In this document: positions 49,992-62,827 of the stretch, piece after piece
How positions within the stretch are numbered: the first letter of the stretch is position 1
Layout: each line of letters begins with the position of its first letter
From: Myxococcota bacterium
Lineage (GTDB): Bacteria > Myxococcota_A > SURF-8
DNA: 64,000 nt
NCBI GenBank assembly: GCA_963674735.2
Contig: CAXXQS010000002.1
Location: 1,120,001-1,184,000, forward strand
Direction of reading: 5' to 3'
Notes under the pieces: generated by a model
What the model saw: only the letters and a program-made list of their open reading frames with translations
Databases searched by the model: none
What the model was told of the DNA's origin: nothing
Translations under genes and position numbers: made by a program

Positions 49992-50645
49992 ATGAATACG
50001 AAGCAATATCAATATGTTATAGATGATTCGCTGGCGGCGGCCGGGGTTCGTTCGCCGGAGGGGGCAGCGGAGTGTTTGGCTCGGCATTTTACCGATCTGC
50101 TGCACTGGAATCGGCGAGTCAACCTCACCCGGATCACGGACCCCGCAGCGGCGGCTTGGCTGCTTTACGCCGATAGCGCCATGGGAGCGGTGGAACTCGA
50201 CCCGGGCGACCGCGTGCTGGATATCGGGTCGGGGGCCGGGTTTCCCGGTCTGGTATTGGCCGTTTTGCGGCCGGATTGCCACGTCACGCTGCTCGATGCC
50301 GTCGCCAAAAAGGTGGAATTTCTGCGCTATACGGCGCGCAATCTGGCGCTGGCCAATGTCGACTGTTACCATGGGCGTTGGCCGGAATTCGAACTGGCGA
50401 ACGACACCCCAGCCGCCACGGCCTCCCGGCAGGTCTGGGTCAGCCGCGCCACGTTTTCCGACCCGGCGGCCCTGCAGCTGGCCGCCAAGCGACTTCGTCC
50501 CGCCGATCGCCTGATTCTCTGGCGTGGGTCGGGCGAGACCCAAGCGCTGGCGGGGTTTACTTTACATCTGCGATCCTACCGGCTGGAGGCTCTGCGCGAT
50601 CTGCGACACTTGTGTGTGTACACCAAGGAGGAGTTAGTTGGCTAA
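49992..50645 (+). CDS. rsmG: 16S rRNA m7G methyltransferase
   Basis: WNRRVNLT, LDIGSGAGFPG, KKVEFL, SRA. Confidence 0.92.
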   Translation: MNTKQYQYVIDDSLAAAGVRSPEGAAECLARHFTDLLHWNRRVNLTRITDPAAAAWLLYADSAMGAVELDPGDRVLDIGSGAGFPGLVLAVLRPDCHVTLLDAVAKKVEFLRYTARNLALANVDCYHGRWPEFELANDTPAATASRQVWVSRATFSDPAALQLAAKRLRPADRLILWRGSGETQALAGFTLHLRSYRLEALRDLRHLCVYTKEELVG

Positions 50646-51468
50646 AATAGTAGCAATAGTAAATCAAAAAGGCGGGGTCGGAAAAACGACCAGCGCCGTC
50701 AACCTGGCGGCCGGACTCGCGGCCGCCGAACAGCGCGTGCTACTGGTGGATATGGATCCGCAGGCCAACGCCAGTTCGGGGGTGGGGTATCCGCCCGGAA
50801 CGGTCGCGCGTCATCTTTACCACGTGCTGTTGGAGGAGTGCGCGGCGGCGGATGTTTTGTGCGAAACCGGTCTGCCGTTGCTCACGCTCCTACCCGCCGG
50901 GCGCGATCTGATCGGGGCGGAAGTCGAACTGATCGAGGCCGACCGCCGTGAACGACGCTTGGGGGGAGCCTTGGCCGCGTTGGATGAAGCTTTCGATTAC
51001 ATCCTGATCGACTGTCCTCCATCGCTCGGCCTGTTGACCCTCAACGCGCTATCCGCCGCTCAGAGCCTGCTGATTCCGGTGCAAACCGAATATTATGCCT
51101 TGGAAGGGGTGGGCCATCTGATGCATACCATCGATCTGGTGCGTCGGCAGGTCAATCCCGATGTCGCCATCGAAGGCGTGCTGTTGACCATGGTCGATTT
51201 TCGGACCAACCTGGCGCGCCAGGTGGCCGAGGAACTCACCCGTCATTTCGGAGACAAGGTCTATCAAACCGTCATCAGCCGCAACGTCCGCCTCTCCGAG
51301 GCCCCCAGCCACGGACGCCCCGTGTTGCTCTACGATATCGCTTCGCGCGGAGCCCAGCAGTATCTGGCGCTGGCGGAGGAATTTTTAAGCCGACAGCCGT
51401 CCGACCGCGCTTCGGCGGCGGCTTGCGATACGGTTTCCGCGAGCCCGACAAGCAAGGAGACACCATGA
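50638..51468 (+). CDS. parA: Chromosome partitioning ATPase ParA/Soj
   Basis: NQKGGVGKTT, DMDPQANAS, DCPPSLG, RNVRLSEAPSHG. Confidence 0.97.
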   Translation: MAKIVAIVNQKGGVGKTTSAVNLAAGLAAAEQRVLLVDMDPQANASSGVGYPPGTVARHLYHVLLEECAAADVLCETGLPLLTLLPAGRDLIGAEVELIEADRRERRLGGALAALDEAFDYILIDCPPSLGLLTLNALSAAQSLLIPVQTEYYALEGVGHLMHTIDLVRRQVNPDVAIEGVLLTMVDFRTNLARQVAEELTRHFGDKVYQTVISRNVRLSEAPSHGRPVLLYDIASRGAQQYLALAEEFLSRQPSDRASAAACDTVSASPTSKETP

Positions 51469-52358
51469 GCCAAACAGCGAAACCCAAAACCCGTGCCCTG
51501 GGCCGCGGTCTGTCCGCCCTGATTCCCGATGCGGCTCCCGTGCCGGTGGCGCCGAACCCCGAGCGCCCCGATCCCGAAGGGGTGCGACGCGTGCCGGTGG
51601 AAGAGGTTCGACCCATGCCGGGTCAGCCGCGTTCCCGTTTCGCCCCGAACGACTTGAACGACCTGGCCGCTTCCATCACCGAAAACGGCATCCTGCAGCC
51701 GCTGCTGGTGCGCTCGGCTCCCGACGGTTACGAGCTGATCGCCGGAGAACGGCGCTGGCGGGCCGCCCAGTTGGCGGGATTGGCCACGGTTCCGGTGATC
51801 CTGAAAGAAGTCGAAACCGCCGTGGCCTTCCAACTGGCGTTGGTTGAAAATCTGCAGCGTGAAAACCTGAATCCCGTGGATGTCGGGCGGGCTTTTCAGC
51901 GCATGATGGACGACTATCAGCTCACGCAGGAAGACGTGGCCGAGCGGGTGGGCAAAGACCGCAGCAGCGTGGCCAACCATCTGCGCATTCTCAAACTCCC
52001 CCGACATTTCGTGGCCGCTGTCGAGGATGGCAAGCTGAGTTTCGGTCACGCCCGTTGCCTGGCCGGTTTGAGCGGTCCCCAACTGGCGCAGCTGGATGAT
52101 GCCAAATTGGTGGCCGGTCACATGTCGGTGCGCGAACTGGAACGCCGGGCCGCCGCTCTGAAAGCGGGTCGCGAACGAAAAGGTCAGAGTGCCTCGTCCC
52201 AGAGTGCGCAGGTGCGGTATCTGCAGCGTCAGCTTGAACAACATCTGGGTTTAAAAGTGCGCTTGAAAGACCGCAACGGCCGCGGGCAGCTGGCGATCGA
52301 CTACGCCAATCTGGATGAACTGGATGGTCTGTTGCGTCTGCTGGGTATCGGGAACTGA
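51465..52358 (+). CDS. parB: Chromosome partitioning protein ParB/Spo0J
   Basis: ALGRGLSALI, LIAGERRWRAA, ENLQRENL, GKDRSSVANHLR. Confidence 0.97.
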   Translation: MSQTAKPKTRALGRGLSALIPDAAPVPVAPNPERPDPEGVRRVPVEEVRPMPGQPRSRFAPNDLNDLAASITENGILQPLLVRSAPDGYELIAGERRWRAAQLAGLATVPVILKEVETAVAFQLALVENLQRENLNPVDVGRAFQRMMDDYQLTQEDVAERVGKDRSSVANHLRILKLPRHFVAAVEDGKLSFGHARCLAGLSGPQLAQLDDAKLVAGHMSVRELERRAAALKAGRERKGQSASSQSAQVRYLQRQLEQHLGLKVRLKDRNGRGQLAIDYANLDELDGLLRLLGIGN

Positions 52359-52491
52359 GGCCGGATCGCGGCGCTTGGTCCGTTTCGGAACGGGGCTGAA
52401 GCCCGGCTGCGAATTCGGGCAAGTGAAAGAAAAAAGTTGCAATTTTCGTCCGATGGGCTAAAACAAGAAAAACGTATGACCGTGAGGAACC

Positions 52492-52869
52492 ATGGCAGCT
52501 ACCAGCAACGAAATCAATGCTTTACTCGGAAAAGGAAGCCAGTTTGAAGGCAAGCTGACCTTCGAAGGCACCGTCCGAATCGATGGGCGCTTTAAAGGTG
52601 AGATCTTTTCCGACGACGTTCTGATCATCGGTGAAGGCGCGGAAGTCGAAGCCGAGATCAAGGTCAACCGGGTCGTGGTTTACGGTCAGGTTCGGGGTAA
52701 TGTCGTTGCCCCGGGCGGCGTCAACCTGCACGCTCCCGCTCGTCTGGTAGGGTCTATTTCCACACGCTCCCTGACGATCGATGAAGGCGTTGTATTCGAA
52801 GGGACCTGCCACATGGAAGCCCAGGGCGCGCCCCAAGGGAAACCGGCCGCTCCCGCCGCTGCCGACTAA
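52492..52869 (+). CDS. Bactofilin (polymer-forming cytoskeletal protein)
   Basis: LLGKGSQFEGKLTFEGTVRIDGRFKGEI...IDEGVVFEGTCHM. Confidence 0.92.
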   Translation: MAATSNEINALLGKGSQFEGKLTFEGTVRIDGRFKGEIFSDDVLIIGEGAEVEAEIKVNRVVVYGQVRGNVVAPGGVNLHAPARLVGSISTRSLTIDEGVVFEGTCHMEAQGAPQGKPAAPAAAD

Positions 52870-52956
52870 GCGCGCCGATTCTTGCTACACCCCCTGCCTG
52901 TCCGGGTGTGAATCCGGGGACTACGGGGTTGTCAAATAGAGCCCTTTCAGTAAAAC

Positions 52957-52986
52957 TTGACAAACCTCGTGGCGTTGTGTTACGAA
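52957..52986 (+). promoter_or_regulatory. Putative promoter of the atp operon
   Basis: TTGACA-18 bp-TACGAA with TG extension. Confidence 0.4.
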
Positions 52987-53045
52987 CGTGGTCCCCTTTT
53001 GGTTTTGGGATGAACCGAGTAACAACAGTGAGGCGATAACGAACG

Positions 53046-53486
53046 ATGGCTGGTATCGATCTGCTGAACCTTAATGCGTCCGTCGTCTACCAGTTTGCCC
53101 TATTCCTGCTGACCCTCTTCGTCCTCAGCCGCTTTCTCGTGCGCCCGATGCTGGCCACGATGGCTGAACGTCGGCGTCGGTTGGTTCCGGCTGCCGAGGA
53201 TAGCGGACTGGAAGCCATGGTAAAAACCAAGGAAAAGGAGTATGCCGACCTGCTACAGCAGGTGCGCTCCGCCGGTTCCAAGGTGCGGTCGGAGCTTCGC
53301 GAAGCCGCCAAAGCCGATGAACGGGACATCCTGGCCAAAGCCCAATCCAGTGCCAATGCCCAGCTAAAAAAAGGCCAGGCCGAAATCGGCGATGCCGTCG
53401 AAGACGCGCGTCGCCAGATGGCGGGAGAGATCCCGGTTCTGGCGCGTGAACTGGCGCGAAAGATCCTCGGACGGGAGGTGCAATAG
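53046..53486 (+). CDS. atpF2: ATP synthase F0 subunit b'
   Basis: N-terminal TM then RPML..MAERRRR coiled coil; first gene of atp operon. Confidence 0.85.
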   Translation: MAGIDLLNLNASVVYQFALFLLTLFVLSRFLVRPMLATMAERRRRLVPAAEDSGLEAMVKTKEKEYADLLQQVRSAGSKVRSELREAAKADERDILAKAQSSANAQLKKGQAEIGDAVEDARRQMAGEIPVLARELARKILGREVQ

Positions 53487-53487
53487 C

Positions 53488-54078
53488 ATGTCGACCGCAT
53501 TCCTGCGAATAGGGATCTTGGCGGGTTTTATGCTGTTTAGCGGACTCGCTTCGGCCTGGGCTTCGGAAGCGGCCCACGCGGGCGAGCACCACGTCAACTG
53601 GGTGTACGTCATCAGCCTGTTCTTCAATTTCATCGCCTTCATCACCATCATGGTGTTTCTGCTTAGAAAGCCGGTGTCGCGCTTTTTTGCCGACCGCGCC
53701 GATGAAGTCCGGGCGCGTTTGGAAGCGGCCGACCGGGCACGCGAGAAGGCCGAAGCCAAGGGCCGTGAATACGCCTGCAAAATCGACGAACTGGTCGCCA
53801 CTCGCGAAGAAGTCATGACTCAGTCGCGGGCGGAAGCCGTCTATGAAAAAGAACGCATCCTCGATACAGCCCGCCGTCAGGCCGAGCGCCTGCAGAAAGA
53901 CGCCGAACGCAATATCGCCATCGAGATCGATAAAGCCACCCGCCAGTTATCGGCGGAAGCGGCGCGCGCCATCGCGGAACAGGCGGAAGAACTTCTAACA
54001 CAGGCCGCCACATCCGACGATACGGTCCGTCTGGCGGATGATTACATCGAATCGATTCGGGAGGTGAAGCGGGCATGA
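53488..54078 (+). CDS. atpF: ATP synthase F0 subunit b
   Basis: FNFIAF...KPVSRFFADR coiled coil; starts 1 nt after b' stop. Confidence 0.87.
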   Translation: MSTAFLRIGILAGFMLFSGLASAWASEAAHAGEHHVNWVYVISLFFNFIAFITIMVFLLRKPVSRFFADRADEVRARLEAADRAREKAEAKGREYACKIDELVATREEVMTQSRAEAVYEKERILDTARRQAERLQKDAERNIAIEIDKATRQLSAEAARAIAEQAEELLTQAATSDDTVRLADDYIESIREVKRA

Positions 54079-54617
54079 GACGATCCGCCCTCGCCAAGCG
54101 TTACGCACGCGCCCTGATCGGCGTCGCCGGTTCCCTGGGTGACGCCGACAAACTGGCCGGCGACTTGATGATCTTCGTCGAAGCGGTGCGCCAATGCGCC
54201 GATCTCGACCAGATTCTCATCAATCCGACCTTCAGAACCGAGCGTGCCGCCGTGGTTAAAAGTGTCGCCGCCGAGCTCAAGCTCGGGTCATCGGCTCAGC
54301 GCGTTCTCGACTATCTGGTCGAACGGGACCGCATCCGCTATTTGTCGGAAATCGTCGACATGCTGCGTGAGTTGGTCGAAGAAAAAACCGGCAAGATCCG
54401 CGCTCAGGTCGTGACCGCGGCAGAGTTGCCGGAGGATCGTTATCAGCGCATTAAAGCCGCCCTCGGACGTCTGACCGGCCGACAGGTGGTGATCGAAAAA
54501 GAGGTAGACCCCAGTTTGATCGGCGGGGTGTTGGCCCGCGTCGGTTCCGTGGTTTACGACGGAAGCATTCGTACGCAATTGCGTCATTTCAGGGCCTCAA
54601 TGGGTAAGGAGAATTGA
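54075..54617 (+). CDS. atpH: ATP synthase F1 subunit delta
   Basis: [25 protein letters not shown]. Confidence 0.95.
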   Translation: MRRSALAKRYARALIGVAGSLGDADKLAGDLMIFVEAVRQCADLDQILINPTFRTERAAVVKSVAAELKLGSSAQRVLDYLVERDRIRYLSEIVDMLRELVEEKTGKIRAQVVTAAELPEDRYQRIKAALGRLTGRQVVIEKEVDPSLIGGVLARVGSVVYDGSIRTQLRHFRASMGKEN

Positions 54618-54618
54618 C

Positions 54619-56289
<1,671 letters not shown>

Positions 56290-56318
56290 TGACGACAGGT
56301 TGAATGTGAAGGGGTGAT

Positions 56319-57185
56319 ATGCCGAGTCTCAAGGATATACGCAAGCGCATCGACAGCGTGAAAAACACGCAGAAGATCACCAAGGCCATGAAGATGGTGG
56401 CCGCGGCCAAGCTGCGCCGCGCCCAGGAGGCCATCCTCAACACGCGTCCGTATGCGCGCCGTATCGACGGCCTGATCAAAGGGCTCACCGAGGTGCTGGA
56501 CGAATATATGCACCCGATGATGGTCCCGCATGAAGAGGTCAAGTCGATTGCTCTGCTGGTTATCACCGGTGATAAGGGCCTGTGCGGCGCATTCAATGCC
56601 AACATTCTGCGCACGGTGCGGCGCGTGCTGGAACAGGATTGGAAAGACCGCGACGTCCGGCTCTACCTGGTCGGGCGCAAGGCCATAGATTTCTACAAAA
56701 ACAAACCGGTTAGCATCGCCCGTACGTTCCCCGAGATTTTCCAGCACAACCTGATCGAAGAATCCGATGCGGTGGCGAGTCGGCTTGTGCGCGATTACCT
56801 CGATGGCAAAGCGGATGAAGTCTACGTGCTCTACAACGAATTCAAATCGGTGATGTCGCAAAACGTTTCTCTGGAGAAACTGGTGCCCATCACGCCCGAC
56901 GAAGAAGCCGAAAGCGTAGAGCATCACGAGTATACCTATGAACCCGGTCGCCGTGAGATCCTCGACGAACTGGTTCCCCAACATTTGTCGATGCAGATTT
57001 ACCGGTGCCTGCTTGAATCGCAATCGGCCGAATTCGCGGCACGTATGACCGCCATGGAGGGGGCCACCAAGAATGCCGGTGAAATGATCGATAAACTGAC
57101 GCTCGCTTTCAACCGGGCGCGTCAATCGGCGATTACTACGGAACTGATGGAGATTATCGGCGGCGCGGAAGCGCTGAAAGGCTAA
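56319..57185 (+). CDS. atpG: ATP synthase F1 subunit gamma
   Basis: KITKAMKMVAAAK, GLCGAFN, RQSAITTEL. Confidence 0.98.
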   Translation: MPSLKDIRKRIDSVKNTQKITKAMKMVAAAKLRRAQEAILNTRPYARRIDGLIKGLTEVLDEYMHPMMVPHEEVKSIALLVITGDKGLCGAFNANILRTVRRVLEQDWKDRDVRLYLVGRKAIDFYKNKPVSIARTFPEIFQHNLIEESDAVASRLVRDYLDGKADEVYVLYNEFKSVMSQNVSLEKLVPITPDEEAESVEHHEYTYEPGRREILDELVPQHLSMQIYRCLLESQSAEFAARMTAMEGATKNAGEMIDKLTLAFNRARQSAITTELMEIIGGAEALKG

Positions 57186-58640
<1,455 letters not shown>

Positions 58641-58661
58641 GCGGCCGGAGGATAGGAAACC

Positions 58662-59078
58662 ATGGCCGAGACAGACAAGCTCAAGGTCACCATCGTCACA
58701 CCCGAAGGCGAGAAACTCGATTGCGAGGCGGATGAAATCGTGGCGCCCGGATTCGAGGGCCAATTCGGTGTCATGCCCGAACATATCGAATTCTTCACCA
58801 AGAGTCCGCCAGGTGTCTTCGTATGTGTGCGGCAAGGGACGCGCGAGGTGTGGGCCGTGGGAAAAGGCTTCATCGAGGTGCAGCCCGGCGCCGTGCGATT
58901 GCTGGTTCAAACCGCCGAGCGCAAAGAAAACATCGATCGTCAACGTGCCGAGGCATCGCTTCACCGGGCCGAAGATACCATGTCCAAGTTGGACGGCAAT
59001 CTCGACGATCCCGATTGGACCGAGCAGGAGCTTCGGCTCAAGCGCGCCGAAGCCCGGTTGGGGGCCTTGGCCGACTGA
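58662..59078 (+). CDS. atpC: ATP synthase F1 subunit epsilon
   Basis: IVTPEG, GQFGVMPEH, GFIEV, RAEARL. Confidence 0.95.
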   Translation: MAETDKLKVTIVTPEGEKLDCEADEIVAPGFEGQFGVMPEHIEFFTKSPPGVFVCVRQGTREVWAVGKGFIEVQPGAVRLLVQTAERKENIDRQRAEASLHRAEDTMSKLDGNLDDPDWTEQELRLKRAEARLGALAD

Positions 59079-59101
59079 AGCTTAACCCGTTTCATCTTTA
59101 T

Positions 59102-59136
59102 GACACCCGGTGTATCAACGCCGGGTGTTTGCGTTT
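59102..59136 (+). terminator. Probable terminator of the atp operon
   Basis: Stem GACACCCGGTGT/ACGCCGGGTGTT followed by TGCGTTT. Confidence 0.6.
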
Positions 59137-59270
59137 AGAGTGGATCCTGATGCTTCGTTTCCGTTTCATACCCTTCACCGGGATCTTTCGGTGAACGTCA
59201 CAAAATCACGTTGATACGTTTTCAAGCTGCTGGACCGATTCCGGGTGGTAAACGACAGAAGGAGCCTGTT

Positions 59271-60794
59271 ATGTCATCTTTGGGCGGCAACCCATCGCCC
59301 GCATTTTGGGGGCGAGTCATTTCCCACACCATGCCGGTGGTGGTGATGGTTCTGATGATTTCCGGGTTGTGGGTTGTCGAGCGCCTTGATACCCGGCGTT
59401 ACGATAGCGAACGACGCACACGCGTTCTTTCCGAACTCAGCGTGATTCGGGCCAATCTCGAAGGTGAATTGAACGGGGAAATCCTGCTTGCCCGCAGCCT
59501 GGTAACGGAAGTCGCCACCGGTCCGAATATCACGCAAGAGCGCTTTAATAAAGTCGTGCGCCATTTCATGACCGCCTCACGCCATATTCGCAATCTTGGC
59601 TTATCTCGCGGGACCGTTCTCGAATTCGTCTATCCGTACAAAGGCAATGAAGCCGCTATCGGTTTGGATTATCGAAAAATTCCGGATCAATGGCCAGCCG
59701 TCAAGCGTGCCATCGATAGCCACAAAATCGTGGTGGCAGGGCCCTTAACCTTGGTGCAGGGCGGTTGGGGAATCATTGGGCGAACGCCGGTTTTTCTGCC
59801 GGGGCCTGATGGAGAACCCGGAGGCGGGGAATTTTTCGGAATCGCCTCCATCGCACTGGATGTTCCGAGCTTGTTTTCTGCGGCGGGTTTGCACGATACC
59901 GACTTCATGCGTGTCGCCATTCGCGGCAAAGACGGGTTGGGAGAACGGGGCGAGGTGTTTCTCGGAAAAGCGGAGCTGTTTGCGCAGGATCCGGTTTTGC
60001 TGGATGTCTCCATTCCCGACGGTCACTGGCAATTGGCCGCCTTGCCCATGGGAGGCTGGGGAACTCCGTCGCCGCGTACTCCTTACTATCGTGCGGTGAC
60101 GCTGGCGGTGCTGGTGATCGTCTTTTGGTTGTTTTGGATTCAAATTCGCGCCATGCGCCGCCAACGGGTTATGGAAGCCGCGTTGGCGCGCAGCGAAGAA
60201 CGGCTGCGCGTCACCATCGAAGCGGCGGGTGTTTACCGTTGGGAGATCGATCTTGTTTCCGGTAGCGGATGGATGGATCACCGTTGGCTGAAAGATTTGA
60301 TGGGTTACAATCAACCGGGGGAAGGGCCGCAGAGGCTTGAAGATTATATGGAGCTGTTGCACCCAGACGATTGGACGGTGTTCGAAAATGCAGTGTGGGC
60401 CCATACTAACGGAGAGACTCCGTATTACGAGTGTGACCTGCGCATGCGAAACCGGTCGGGTGAATGGGTGTGGCAGATTCACAAGGGAAAACTGGTGGAA
60501 CGCGACGAAAATGGAAACATAATGCGATTGATCGGCGTCAATATCGATGCCCGTGAACGTAAGCAGATAGAAGCCGAACGGGAAAAGCTGATTCACGATT
60601 TGCAGCATGCGCTCGAACAAGTCAAGACGCTCAGCGGATTGTTGCCGATTTGCGCATCATGCAAGAAAATTCGTGACGATAAAGGTTATTGGAACCAGAT
60701 TGAACTTTATATTCACGAGCATTCGGAGGCGGAGTTCAGTCACGGTCTGTGTCCCGATTGCGCCAAGAAGATGTACCCAGATATCGACATGTAA
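59271..60794 (+). CDS. Membrane sensor: CHASE + PAS + C-terminal Cys4 domain
   Basis: VYPYKGNEAAIGLDY...AGPLTLVQGG CHASE; LHPDD...GEWVW PAS_3; tail LLPICASCKKIRDDKGYW...SHGLCPDC. Confidence 0.85.
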   Translation: MSSLGGNPSPAFWGRVISHTMPVVVMVLMISGLWVVERLDTRRYDSERRTRVLSELSVIRANLEGELNGEILLARSLVTEVATGPNITQERFNKVVRHFMTASRHIRNLGLSRGTVLEFVYPYKGNEAAIGLDYRKIPDQWPAVKRAIDSHKIVVAGPLTLVQGGWGIIGRTPVFLPGPDGEPGGGEFFGIASIALDVPSLFSAAGLHDTDFMRVAIRGKDGLGERGEVFLGKAELFAQDPVLLDVSIPDGHWQLAALPMGGWGTPSPRTPYYRAVTLAVLVIVFWLFWIQIRAMRRQRVMEAALARSEERLRVTIEAAGVYRWEIDLVSGSGWMDHRWLKDLMGYNQPGEGPQRLEDYMELLHPDDWTVFENAVWAHTNGETPYYECDLRMRNRSGEWVWQIHKGKLVERDENGNIMRLIGVNIDARERKQIEAEREKLIHDLQHALEQVKTLSGLLPICASCKKIRDDKGYWNQIELYIHEHSEAEFSHGLCPDCAKKMYPDIDM

Positions 60795-60948
60795 TTTCGC
60801 AATAAAAGTCATCGTTTGTAACAGCCTGGTATCCCTTGAAAGATCTGGCTGAGGGACACCCATACGCCTGAATCGATGCAGCCGATTTTGACGGATGTCT
60901 TTCTATTCGATATAATCCCCAAGATTAAATTATTACTCAGGAGTTGTC

Positions 60949-61446
60949 ATGATTCAAGCCAGACGATTTGTACTGTTGATTGCATGTTTGTGTATGGGAG
61001 TGCTTATGTTGGCCTGCGGCGGCTCCGATTACGAACCTCCAAGTCCGAAAGAAGTAGAGGCGCAGTGCGTCGCTGCCACGCCGAAAATCTGTGCGGCCAC
61101 TTCGGCCTGTTACGAAGATACGCTCGGTTCGGAATTTACCGAGGATCTGGTTGAAGTCTGTATCGAAAAGTCGCTTCCGTTCTGCGAAGCCCAGATCTAC
61201 ACACCCGAGTCGTGTTTCCAGATGTATGTGTCGATTTTAACTTGTTACGCAGCATATTTCGAGAGTTTTGAGGACTCGGATGAACGTAGTCGGGTTGGAT
61301 GTTGCATCGGATCACTGATCACAGGTGCTGATGACCTCTATCCATCCGCTGACTGCGAGCCCTATTGGGCGGATCTTTCAAAATTCTGCGGCCTTTATTC
61401 GCTTGAAGGTTGTGAGATCGATTACGCTTTGGAACAGTACCGTTGA
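60949..61446 (+). CDS. Cys-rich hypothetical lipoprotein
   Basis: AGGAG SD, lipobox MLAC, 12 further Cys. Confidence 0.7.
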   Translation: MIQARRFVLLIACLCMGVLMLACGGSDYEPPSPKEVEAQCVAATPKICAATSACYEDTLGSEFTEDLVEVCIEKSLPFCEAQIYTPESCFQMYVSILTCYAAYFESFEDSDERSRVGCCIGSLITGADDLYPSADCEPYWADLSKFCGLYSLEGCEIDYALEQYR

Positions 61447-61552
61447 AATTCTTTCGCCTCGATTATTGTTACCAGAGTACCGGGTATGAATCGCTTGCTT
61501 GTAAAGATGGAAGCAAAACGAAACATTCAATTGGTATATGGTGGAAGAAAAG

Positions 61553-62251
61553 ATGAGCAAGACATCCCCCAAAAAAGATCGCCTCAGTAAGCGATTACCG
61601 GTTCGCTACGGTCCAGATACGCCTCGATTCATCGGGTTTATGAAAAACCTGTCGGCCAAAGGCGCCGCGATCATCGGAAAGGTTGTTTTCTCCTCCGCGT
61701 CGCGTTTGCAGATAGAAGTGGACTATCGTGGAAAACCACTCGCGTTGACGGGGCGGGTCTGCTGGTCGAGCGATGCCGACGAAGCGAAACGTCAGCTGGT
61801 TTCGGGCTCGATGGTTATGCACAGTATGGGAGTTGAATTTATCGAACGCCCCGCCGATTACCTGGATTTCTTGGAAATGTTGGTTGAGTCGCAGAAAGAA
61901 TCGCGGTGTGAAAAACGCTGCGATATCATTCTGCGCGTGACGTTCGATTCCGCTGCGGAACTTTTAGAGGAATACACCAACAACATCAGTATGGGTGGCA
62001 CATTTATCACGTGCCTGACGCCGCCCGTGCTGAATTCCAGTATTGAAGTTCATCTGTTTATTGCCGAAGAGCTGGAAGTCATTCACGTCGAAAGCCGCGT
62101 GGTGCATGTCGTCACACCGGAAATGAGCGAACGGATCGGCCTGAATCCCGGAGTTGGAGTGCAGTTTACGCGGTTTTTCAACGATGACGAAGCGAAGCTC
62201 AAAGCCTATATCGATAGTTTGACGCAGGGTGAGGAACGACGCGAACGCTGA
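61553..62251 (+). CDS. Tandem PilZ-domain protein
   Basis: RLSKR...NLSAKG and RCEKR...NISMGG; GMGV/GVGVQF-type ends. Confidence 0.85.
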   Translation: MSKTSPKKDRLSKRLPVRYGPDTPRFIGFMKNLSAKGAAIIGKVVFSSASRLQIEVDYRGKPLALTGRVCWSSDADEAKRQLVSGSMVMHSMGVEFIERPADYLDFLEMLVESQKESRCEKRCDIILRVTFDSAAELLEEYTNNISMGGTFITCLTPPVLNSSIEVHLFIAEELEVIHVESRVVHVVTPEMSERIGLNPGVGVQFTRFFNDDEAKLKAYIDSLTQGEERRER

Positions 62252-62263
62252 AAGTTCAAATAT

Positions 62264-62716
62264 TCAGCGCAAACTTGAGGGTAGTTTTTTGAAGTCGTCC
62301 GTGTTTTCCAGCTCGGCGATCAACGAAAAAAGCGTCTTGGGGGGCGCGATAAGGCGGCGCTGCTTCAGGTCGAGCCAACCGCCGCTGGAATGAACCACCG
62401 CTGCAACTTGCCGGTCGGCACGCAAAAAACGGTTTTCCAAACTGAAGTGGGAGCCGTCGTCACTCAAACCCGCCAGGCGCAATTCAACGGTTACCGAGTC
62501 GAGCATGCGCACCTCGCGAAAATACTCGATCTCGTCCCGGCGCACCACCGGACCGATCAAACGTCGTTCGAATTCCCGCATTGAAAAACCCTGGGCGTCG
62601 AAATACAGCATGCGCGTATCGGCGGAAAGGTCGAGGTAGGCGGTATTGCGCATGTGACCATTGAAATCCATGCTGCCCCAACCGGCTCGAAATTCCTGAC
62701 GAAAGACAATCGACAT
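62264..62716 (-). CDS. Hot-dog fold acyl-CoA thioesterase
   Basis: MDFNGHMRNTAYL, IEYFREV, GGWLDL. Confidence 0.88.
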   Translation of the reverse strand: MSIVFRQEFRAGWGSMDFNGHMRNTAYLDLSADTRMLYFDAQGFSMREFERRLIGPVVRRDEIEYFREVRMLDSVTVELRLAGLSDDGSHFSLENRFLRADRQVAAVVHSSGGWLDLKQRRLIAPPKTLFSLIAELENTDDFKKLPSSLR

Positions 62717-62767
62717 TGCTTTCTCCCATGGACGATCGAATAGAAAACCATCAACACGAATAGTCCA

Positions 62768-62812
62768 TTGCATAATAAAATGTAGTTTACACTTTTAAAT
62801 TTCATTATGCAA
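62768..62812. promoter_or_regulatory. Inverted repeat, candidate operator of the HxlR regulator
   Basis: TTGCATAATAAAAT-N17-ATTTCATTATGCAA (13/14 match) between divergent genes. Confidence 0.55.
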
Positions 62813-62827
62813 CGTTATACTGGTTGC

